Source of the DNA: Methanobacterium sp.
GTDB taxonomy: Archaea; Methanobacteriota; Methanobacteria; Methanobacteriales; Methanobacteriaceae
NCBI GenBank assembly: GCA_003166335.1
Contig: PMWA01000039.1
Location: forward strand, 137 to 11,339
Direction: 5' to 3'
DNA length: 11,203 nt
The translations under genes were made by a program, and so were the position numbers. This document shows, one piece after another, positions 1 to 6,524 of the stretch (position 1 is its first letter; each line of letters starts with the position of its first letter). The notes beneath the pieces were generated by a model, which saw only the letters and a program-made list of their open reading frames with translations, made no database searches and was not told where the DNA came from.

Positions 1-93
1 AAAATCCTTCTTAGGAATTATAACCAATTCCCTTTGTTTTAATTCCTTAACGTTCTTTAAATCGTCTTTTTCTATGGTTTTTATATCTGTCAT
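1..93 (-). CDS. Hypothetical protein, 5' part only (runs off the window start)
   Basis: ATG at 93-91 opens MTDIKTIEKDDLKNVKELKQRELVIIPKKDF with no stop before position 1. GAGGAG RBS at 108-103. Not in the ORF track. Confidence 0.7.
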   Translation of the reverse strand, partial: MTDIKTIEKDDLKNVKELKQRELVIIPKKDF

Positions 94-232
94 AAATGAT
101 CTCTCCTCAGGGTGGATCACTATAGTTGGCAACATTAACGAGGATTATCCAAGAGAGCAAATGAGAAGTAAAAAATGAATGTTATTAATACTTTGAAAGT
201 TTTTTAATAATTTAATATTTTAAATTACAATA

Positions 233-415
233 ATGAAAGAATGGGAATTAGATATCAACAAGGAAATTAAGGCTCAAAAATATACCTAAAAATATATGCA
301 TGTCCTCAGATTCACTGAAAAAATAAATAAACAAATTATCAATGATTACAATAGCCGTGAAAACGTTGAAAAACAGTGGTACGTAGATATCATAAAAGAA
401 AAATTATATAATTAA
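233..415 (+). pseudogene. Possible gene remnant with one in-frame stop
   Basis: The frame from ATG 233 reads MKEWELDINKEIKAQKYT*KYMHVLRFTEKINKQIINDYNSRENVEKQWYVDIIKEKLYN*, with a single internal TAA at 287-289 and an internal repeat KEWELDINKE/KQWYVDIIKE. No clear RBS. Confidence 0.3.
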
Positions 416-499
416 ATGAATCAAGATTAAAATTAAGGAAATTAGTAATATGATTAAATTGGTTAATTTTTTACTTTTTAAATTGTGGGGGTGGATTCT

Positions 500-1213
500 T
501 TGGGTTATTTAGTTTGTGAAAAGTGCAGTGGTTATTATGAATTAAAGGAAGGGGAATCTATAAATAATTTTGAATCATGCGAATGTGGAGGTGAATTAAC
601 ATATCATAACTCTATTGAATTCTTAAATGAAGAAGAAAATTTAAATAACTTAATATTTTGTCCTTCATGTGGAAAAGAAACACCGATAGAGGGAAAATTT
701 TGTGCTGAATGTGGTATGGATTTAAACTCCAAAAATAATCTAGAAATCGAATCGGTTAAACAAGAGAATAATCATTATACAAACGAATCTTTAAAACAAA
801 ATGCCGTTTGGACGATGGATGGTTATCACAATAAATATAAGAAGAAAAAAATAGAAACCGCAATTAATAAAGGAAATTTAAAAGTTCAAAAAACATTAGA
901 AGTCCAAGGTAAATATGATGTTAAAGGTTCAGGTGATGCAAAAATCATAACTTTACTAACAGATGGTTTACTCATTGATGATACGCAGAAAATAAAATAT
1001 AAAGATATAATAAGATTTGAATCTGTGAAAAACAAAGATAAATTTAAAGAAACTGTTGGTTTCTGGCTTTTTTTACCATATTATATGTTAGTTCAAAATT
1101 ATAGAACATTAAAAATCAGTTTCAATGAAGGCGAGATTGAACTAAATAATGTTAAAAAAAATGATGCCATAAACTGTATAGGCTTTATCAGAGAAAAATT
1201 TCTAAATAATTAA
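500..1213 (+). CDS. Double Zn-ribbon protein (N-terminal CxxC-x17-CxC module, then CxxC..CxxC) with a putative PH-like C-terminal domain
   Basis: ORF track gives 485..1213. The start is more likely TTG 500, because a GGGGGTGG RBS lies at 486-493 and this gives the same MGYLVC start as the downstream paralogue. Motifs CEKC..CECGG and FCPSCG..FCAECG. The C-terminal beta-strand/terminal-helix pattern resembles bacterial PH domains (inference), with a hydrophobic insert [13 protein letters not shown]. Confidence 0.85.
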   Translation: MGYLVCEKCSGYYELKEGESINNFESCECGGELTYHNSIEFLNEEENLNNLIFCPSCGKETPIEGKFCAECGMDLNSKNNLEIESVKQENNHYTNESLKQNAVWTMDGYHNKYKKKKIETAINKGNLKVQKTLEVQGKYDVKGSGDAKIITLLTDGLLIDDTQKIKYKDIIRFESVKNKDKFKETVGFWLFLPYYMLVQNYRTLKISFNEGEIELNNVKKNDAINCIGFIREKFLNN

Positions 1214-1270
1214 TAATATGAATAAACTTGATAATATGAATAATTTATTATTAAATTGGGGGGCTGTTTA

Positions 1271-1932
1271 ATGGGTTATCTTGTTTGTAAGAATTATAGG
1301 GATATTATAAGCTTCAGCCAGGCGAATCTCCAGATGATTTCACTGATAACTGTGCATGTGGCGGTGAATTAAGATATGCAATAAATATTGATGTTGTTGG
1401 AGAAAACAAAACATTTTCTAATAAAAATGAGTCTAAATTAGATAAACAATATAATAAAAGCGGATATACTACTTCAAAAACAACTAATAACTCAGAAAAA
1501 CACGAAACTAAACATAAACAAGAATTTAATAACAATCATTACACTAAACCACAAGGACCCTCGAAAGAAAAAAAATCAAAAACTGATAATCCAGATACAA
1601 GTTGGGCTGATGCTACAAACCGTAAGGGAATATTTTTCATAGGTTTTATTATAATTATATTCGGATTTACTAACGGAATATTATTATGGGTGGGTATTGC
1701 TACCTGGATCATTGGTGTGCTACTATTTTTAACGGATTCATGGATTGCGTATCTTTTAATTTATGTATTATGGGCTTTAGGTGGGATTGTAGCATTCTTA
1801 GACGGTTTTGTAAGTCAAATATTAGGTGCGATATTCTCTGTAATTATCGCTTTATTTGGAATAGGCTATATTATTGTTCTTGCAAAGGAAAGGGGTAAAA
1901 ATAAAAAAATAAAAGGACATATAGATATTTAA
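1271..1932 (+). pseudogene. Frameshifted Zn-ribbon + multi-TM membrane protein (about 220 aa if repaired); paralogue of 500..1213
   Basis: ATG 1271, after a GGGGGG RBS at 1258-1263, gives [10 protein letters not shown]. The -1 frame opens at 1300 ([26 protein letters not shown]...) and stays open to TAA 1930-1932, including track ORF 1690..1932 and about 4 hydrophobic helices. One base appears to be missing near GGG 1299-1301, and the second Cys codon is TAT (Tyr). Confidence 0.8.
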
Positions 1933-2065
1933 AATCATTTTTATCCTTCTGTTAGATATAATATTAGGATTATTATAATTCATTAGAGACGGAATACTAA
2001 AACAAATATCTTATAAAAAACATTCTTTTAATCTAAACCTGTTAATGCATATCAAAAAATTTTAT

Positions 2066-2194
2066 TCAACCTTTTTTAAAAGGTTTCCTGGGACATTTTT
2101 TATGGTAAATTTTATGATTTTTGATCAAGTAATTTGATGGTCCAGGTAATGGAAGTATCGAAACTGGCATTTTACATTCATTGCATGGCATCAT
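2066..2194 (-). CDS. Small CxxC-x23-HxxC Zn-finger microprotein (41-42 aa)
   Basis: MMPCNECKMPVSILPLPGPSNYLIKNHKIYHKKCPRKPFKKG*. GAGGTGA RBS at 2203-2197 (spacing favours the second ATG at 2191), TTTATATA box at 2245-2238, T-tract after the stop. A diverged paralogous fragment lies at 2612-2704. Confidence 0.8.
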   Translation of the reverse strand: MMPCNECKMPVSILPLPGPSNYLIKNHKIYHKKCPRKPFKKG

Positions 2195-2237
2195 TTTCAC
2201 CTCTTCTATCTTTGTGTCTTTTTATCGGCAGAAGAGG

Positions 2238-2252
2238 TATATAAACTTTATT
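2238..2252 (-). promoter_or_regulatory. Putative BRE/TATA promoter of the Zn-finger microprotein gene
   Basis: Minus strand AATAAAG-TTTATATA matches the purine-rich BRE plus archaeal TATA consensus, about 35 nt upstream of the RBS. Confidence 0.5.
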
Positions 2253-2376
2253 AATATTTAAGTGAAATGTTACCAAATTTTTATTATATCTCTGATAGAT
2301 TCTTAATAAAACTTGAATAGGATATTACAAAACATTTAAATAGTATTATAAATTATCTTATATTAAGTGATATAAA

Positions 2377-2490
2377 ATGAAACAAAAAATATTTCCATTC
2401 AAAGAAGTAAGCAAAACATGCGAATCATATATACTCAAAAATGGAGATGTAGGGATTGTTGGAAGGAGAACTGTTAAATATTCCCCTTAA
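2377..2490 (+). CDS. Small hypothetical protein (37 aa)
   Basis: MKQKIFPFKEVSKTCESYILKNGDVGIVGRRTVKYSP*. TTTAAATA box at 2335-2342, weak AAGTGA RBS at 2365-2370, T7 tract at 2494-2500 just after the stop. Confidence 0.5.
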   Translation: MKQKIFPFKEVSKTCESYILKNGDVGIVGRRTVKYSP

Positions 2491-2493
2491 ACC

Positions 2494-2500
2494 TTTTTTT
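2494..2500 (+). terminator. Oligo-T putative archaeal terminator
   Basis: T7 run 3 nt after the TAA of the 37-aa ORF. Confidence 0.35.
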
Positions 2501-2611
2501 ATGTATTTAAAGTTTAAAAAAATCCTTACAGCTAAATAAATAGTCATAGGGTAAATTTTCTTTTATAAATTGTTAGCTGATAGAAGTTAATAATAAGACC
2601 GATATGTATCA

Positions 2612-2704
2612 CTAAAGGAATTCGTTGACTTTGGTTTGTTTTTTAGGTGGGCAGGTCCGATGGTATAACCTATGATTCTTAATAATGTAGTTTGCAGGAC
2701 CTGG
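2612..2704 (-). pseudogene. 5'-truncated paralogue of the Zn-finger microprotein (keeps HxxC, lacks CxxC and a start codon)
   Basis: Reads PGPANYIIKNHRLYHRTCPPKKQTKVNEFL*, with 14 of 21 residues identical to PGPSNYLIKNHKIYHKKCPRK of 2066..2194. An in-frame TAA at 2716-2714 lies inside the GT-C gene, so no start is available. Confidence 0.8.
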
Positions 2705-2706
2705 GC

Positions 2707-4323
2707 CTAGTTTTTAGCCTTTAAGATGGTATAATTACCTATAACTTTGATGGATTGATAATTGTTTTTAATGTAATCGTCGAGTATATTTACTCCAATG
2801 CTTTTATTAGACGTATAAGAGTTATTAAATAATACAATATATTGGACATTGTTCTTTTGAAGTTCCGCTATTATTTCTTGCTGCACCGGGGCAGTAGTTA
2901 CTACCCCCGTTATCATGTCATCGTAATATGTTGCACTTCCTCTATCTGCTAAAAAGTAGAACATGACATTGTTATTTTGAATCATGGCAGTATTAGAAGT
3001 ACCCACGAATATTTTTTCTGATGGAGGAATTTCTTGTTGAACAAAATTCACAGTATCTATTAAATAATTTTGATTAGTTACATAAATGCCATTAGCCCTA
3101 TCTAAATTTATAGGAGTCCCTGGCTGAAACGGAACATATAAAATAGAGCCTATGTAAAATATTAAAACCGTACCAATTGCTAAGTAAACTAACACAAATT
3201 TAAGAATACTTCTATTTTTCTTAGTTATTTTCTGGTTTTTTAACGTTATAGATCCGATACTTGAGTAGATATAAGAAAATAAAATTATTGATATGATAAA
3301 TGCGGGATATAAATGGTTTTGATCTGCTCTAACAATTGTATAAGTAAAGAAAAAGATTCCTAAGAGGAGTAATAGTAGAATTGTCCAATCTTTATTGGAT
3401 CCAAATGTTTTATGGAATACTTTATACATTAAACCCGAAAATACAGATAAAAACACTAAAATAGGAAATAATTCAGGGATTAAAAAACTCAGACCTGTTA
3501 CATTATAAACTGTAGGTAAAAAAGGGAGAGACATATAAATTGGGTAAATATGTAGTGGGTAATATATAAATAAATAATAAAGCTGATTCAAAGGAACATT
3601 AACCAGAAAGAAAATAGTAAAAGGAATAACTATAATCAGTGCACTGGCAATGAATAAAGTCCATTTAGATGCTGATTGAGTCATAGATTTGATTCTTGAT
3701 TTCAATCCTTTAGTTTGAACATAATTATTCAATAGAAGAACTATTGAAATGCTTATGATTGTGTAAATACCGAAATCTAACCTGAAAAAACATGTTAAAC
3801 CAGCTATTAAACCAGAAATAACTAAATTCTGATAACTCTTGTTATACATATATCTGATTAGGAAAATTACTGAGAGTAAGGATAGAAGAATGGGAATGTT
3901 AACACTGTTAAAATATACATTACCCCCTAAGAAGATCGTCATTAATAAAAAGAACAGGAAAAGATTCACCTTATCTGTTAATTCTTCTTTAACTATACTA
4001 TAACTGCAAATAAGTATTGAAAATAGTATAAATACATTGAAAATTCGAGTGATTATGATAGAGGGTCCGAAGACTTTAAACAATAAAGCAATTGTATATA
4101 AATTTCCTGGAGTATAAACAAAGAAAAAATCTTTGTAAGGTAAATATCCTTCTAAAACTCTTAATCCACCATATAAAAAAACTCCTTCATCATAAAGGTT
4201 CAAACCGTAGCTCATTAGAGATATGAAATAAAATAATGCAACTGCAAAGAATGAAGAAATAATTATTCTATCCTTTGTCCAGAAGTCCTTGTTAAAGAAT
4301 ATCATATCACTTTTCCACATCAA
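2707..4323 (-). CDS. GT-C fold polytopic membrane glycosyltransferase (ArnT/PMT-like, lipid-linked sugar donor)
   Basis: 538-aa ORF with many TM segments. NLYDEG acidic motif after TM1, GYLPYKDFFFVYTPG and FFRLDFG motifs, and a soluble C-terminal domain (EKIFV..NVQYIVL). The start may be TTG 4323, ATG 4320 or ATG 4305. Confidence 0.8.
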   Translation of the reverse strand: MMWKSDMIFFNKDFWTKDRIIISSFFAVALFYFISLMSYGLNLYDEGVFLYGGLRVLEGYLPYKDFFFVYTPGNLYTIALLFKVFGPSIIITRIFNVFILFSILICSYSIVKEELTDKVNLFLFFLLMTIFLGGNVYFNSVNIPILLSLLSVIFLIRYMYNKSYQNLVISGLIAGLTCFFRLDFGIYTIISISIVLLLNNYVQTKGLKSRIKSMTQSASKWTLFIASALIIVIPFTIFFLVNVPLNQLYYLFIYYPLHIYPIYMSLPFLPTVYNVTGLSFLIPELFPILVFLSVFSGLMYKVFHKTFGSNKDWTILLLLLLGIFFFTYTIVRADQNHLYPAFIISIILFSYIYSSIGSITLKNQKITKKNRSILKFVLVYLAIGTVLIFYIGSILYVPFQPGTPINLDRANGIYVTNQNYLIDTVNFVQQEIPPSEKIFVGTSNTAMIQNNNVMFYFLADRGSATYYDDMITGVVTTAPVQQEIIAELQKNNVQYIVLFNNSYTSNKSIGVNILDDYIKNNYQSIKVIGNYTILKAKN

Positions 4324-4404
4324 AAAGGGGATTGATTTTTAAACCATATTAACTTTCTTTAAGATTTTCAATAATATTACTAATTTACATTCATATTTTA
4401 ATGT

Positions 4405-4558
4405 CTAAATTTCTCTTGGATATTCGAATATTATATCATATCTTCCAGTTTTACACTTAAGACAACGTATTATAATATGGTTATCTCTTAATTCATGGCC
4501 ACATTCTAGACATTTATGCTCGTAGATTCTGAATTCACTGAGGGGGTGGATTTTGCAT
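4405..4558 (-). pseudogene. Zn-ribbon (CxxC-x12-CxxC) small protein without an in-frame start; probably frameshifted
   Basis: Frame 4587..4405 reads ...KIHPLSEFRIYEHKCLECGHELRDNHIIIRCLKCKTGRYDIIFEYPREI* with no ATG/GTG/TTG. ATG 4558 joins this frame if one A is removed from the A4 run at 4554-4551. Confidence 0.65.
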
Positions 4559-4706
4559 TTGTCAGCTGCTGTAATCCTGCTATAACATTATAACCTGGAA
4601 TCCTAGGCCCCCAGGTTTCAATGTAATTTCGTGCTGTCTGCTTATCATTTTCATTCACATAATACGCTACAACTTCATCTAGTTGTGCTTGAGTTATATC
4701 AGTCAT
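4506..4706 (-). CDS. Hypothetical protein (66 aa; true C-terminus uncertain)
   Basis: In the ORF track. Strong AGGAGGT RBS at 4721-4715. Its 3' end overlaps the Zn-ribbon frame. Confidence 0.75.
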   Translation of the reverse strand: MTDITQAQLDEVVAYYVNENDKQTARNYIETWGPRIPGYNVIAGLQQLTNAKSTPSVNSESTSINV

Positions 4707-4743
4707 GCAATTATACCTCCTAAACTTTTAAAATGAAATTTAA

Positions 4744-4976
4744 TTAAGATTGAATAATCGGTTCTTTATTCTTGATTATCTGGAAAGGTGTAGCACCCCT
4801 AATACACTTCTTAGGATTTTAGGATTTGGGGTTACATACAGCTCTACCTGGCGCCAATTCTGGGCATTAATCTTAGGTACATAGGTTAGTGCAACCTGGA
4901 ATTCCTAAACATTTTTTATTCTCAAAAAAAGACTCAACAATATCTGTCTCTCATCCAATTCTTTTTGTATAGCTAA
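4744..4976 (-). pseudogene. Possible decayed gene upstream of the 66-aa ORF
   Basis: Frame LAIQKELDERQILLSLFLRIKNV*EFQVALTYVPKINAQNWRQVELYVTPNPK. Removing one unit of an 8-bp tandem duplication (4812-4827) continues it as KCIRGATPFQIIKNKEPIIQS*, ending at 4744 just before the next RBS. Confidence 0.4.
4812..4827. repeat. 8-bp tandem duplication TAGGATTT x2
   Basis: Exact copies at 4812-4819 and 4820-4827. Confidence 0.8.
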
Positions 4977-5575
4977 CTAATAACCACATTTCTAGATTTC
5001 TTTTTTTTAATATCTGCTAATTTATCACAAATTTTGATTTAACTTTACAGAGGTGGCAACATTTACAAAATCTGACAATAAATATCACATCTATAAATAA
5101 CATTCAGATAGGGCTTTGAAATCGATAAAGAAATATATTAGCCAGAATATCAAGTACAAAAAAATAACTGTTTCATTATTTAATGTTGATTTTCACATTT
5201 TTTTTACACTGGAAATGTACGACTAAATATTTGTTTAATTTAAATTTTGAATTCAAAATGAAAAGATCAGTACATATTAAAATTAACAATTTCTTAAAAA
5301 AATCACATTCAGAGGACTTTAATGGGATTTATAAAAATAATAATATTAAAATAGGTTTTTAAACAGAATATTTTTTTTAGATTTTTTTTTAACTCTATAC
5401 CATAATATCGTGCAAAGAAGTTCACAGGTTGATATTTTTCTTAAGTTTAATAGTATTTTTTTTTAAAGTTAAATAATTCTCCTTTTGCTTACCATCATAA
5501 GAAGGGCTAAACTTGTTAGTAACAAAACAAAATTTTATTTATTAACAATTTATTTTTTTTTACTGAATTTACAAA

Positions 5576-5947
5576 TTAAATAATTGGGGTAATTTGCCAT
5601 AAAACTATTTTCCAATCTTCATCAAACTTAGTATAAACAGCTGAAACATGAAAGTCACCGGATATTTCCTTATCTTTGTATTTAAGTTTCCCATTACATT
5701 GATAAGTGAGTATGGCTGTATCATATCCAGCAGATATTAGTTTAAAATATGACATATCAAATGTTAATAATTTTAGATGTGGAAGTAAATTCTGGATAAC
5801 ATCTTCTTTATTTAAACGTCCAAAAAGATTAACCTCACAGAAATTATCTGCTAATAAATCAGATAAAGCCTCCTTATTCTTATCTAACCAGGCAGCTTTC
5901 CTCTCTTCTTCCAGTTTCATTAAAGTAGTTTTTAATTCCAAACTCAT
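5576..5947 (-). CDS. NTF2-like / DUF4440 (SnoaL-like) protein
   Basis: 123 aa with the typical pattern: N-terminal helix EEERKAAW..EALSDLLADNF, then GDTAILTY and SAVYTK...WKIVLWQIT. GGGAGGT RBS at 5964-5958. Confidence 0.85.
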   Translation of the reverse strand: MSLELKTTLMKLEEERKAAWLDKNKEALSDLLADNFCEVNLFGRLNKEDVIQNLLPHLKLLTFDMSYFKLISAGYDTAILTYQCNGKLKYKDKEISGDFHVSAVYTKFDEDWKIVLWQITPII

Positions 5948-5987
5948 ATAATATTCAACCTCCCAAAAAAATTAAGGAATATTTTTT

Positions 5988-6515
5988 CTAAATACTCTTA
6001 TCCTGTACGGAAACGCAGAACCTACAGAGAGCACTGGGATTATTCAACTGCTTCTCTTTAACTGGACATAAATATTTACCATTAATATTCTTCAACTGTA
6101 ATCCACCGGGAAATTTAGTGCCAACTGGATGAATGGATTCCTCTCTAACGAAAGTAGTATAAGTAGCGATAATCCCAGCAATCTTCAAAAAACACTCTTC
6201 CTCCTGACTTTTCGCTTCAAATTGTAGATTATTCAAAGATTCTAAGAATTCCCTTAATTTTTTAATATCAACGCACCCTTTATAATCTGCGGTATCATCC
6301 TTAATATTTACTATTCTGACGAAAAATGCCTTGGAGAATCGTTCGATATAATCTTCCCTGTAAGGTGACTGCATATACTTAGCATCCTCTCGTAGGAAAG
6401 TAGTAGCTTGCATGATCTTATTAATATCAATTTCAGCAGCTTCCTTTTTTATAAGGGATAACAATTCATTCTTAGGGATTCTTTTTTTAGATTCTAATTT
6501 AATTATTAATGTCAT
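5988..6515 (-). CDS. UPF0305 / DUF2115 methanogen protein
   Basis: 175 aa with the family's C-terminal motif IHPVGTKFPGG...YLCPVKEKQ...ALCRFCVS. Confidence 0.85.
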   Translation of the reverse strand: MTLIIKLESKKRIPKNELLSLIKKEAAEIDINKIMQATTFLREDAKYMQSPYREDYIERFSKAFFVRIVNIKDDTADYKGCVDIKKLREFLESLNNLQFEAKSQEEECFLKIAGIIATYTTFVREESIHPVGTKFPGGLQLKNINGKYLCPVKEKQLNNPSALCRFCVSVQDKSI

Positions 6516-6524
6516 AATTTTAGA

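Noticed and set aside
1213..1243. 13-bp direct repeat ATAATATGAATAA x2 between the paralogues
   Set aside because: Only two copies, almost pure A/T, with a 5-nt spacer. Not CRISPR-like and probably local slippage.
1314..1535. 73-aa minus-strand ORF from the track
   Set aside because: Antisense shadow of the frameshifted Zn-ribbon gene 1271..1932, whose plus frame carries the conserved motifs.
1686..1898. 70-aa Cys-rich plus-strand ORF
   Set aside because: Alternative frame over T/G-rich TM codons of the real gene, which produces Cys/Phe/Tyr by composition. No RBS.
1690..1932. 80-aa ORF as an independent gene
   Set aside because: It is the 3' end of a frame open from 1300, and its GTG start falls inside the hydrophobic segment.
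2645..2706. GC-richer stem with CGATGGT, resembling a fluoride riboswitch or tRNA fragment
   Set aside because: It lacks the rest of the crcB motif and any cloverleaf. The segment is explained as the coding remnant of the Zn-finger paralogue.
82..4706. Two minus-strand genes both begin MTDI (starts at 93 and 4706)
   Set aside because: Similarity ends after four residues; treated as coincidence.
4779..5003. Minus-strand frame interrupted only by TAG codons (pyrrolysine or amber read-through?)
   Set aside because: No start or RBS, no pyl genes in view, Methanobacteriales are not known Pyl users, and TAG is a normal stop for other genes here. Pseudogene decay is simpler.
5038..5226. Plus-strand frame FNFTEVATFTKSDNKYHIYK*HSDRALKSIKKY...
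   Set aside because: No convincing start or RBS and no recognisable motif. It cannot be distinguished from chance.
5340..5490. AGGAG on the minus strand near 5483-5479 and a short downstream frame
   Set aside because: No start codon at suitable spacing, and the region is dominated by poly-A/T runs.
5706..5951. 81-aa plus-strand ORF
   Set aside because: Antisense shadow of the DUF4440 gene.
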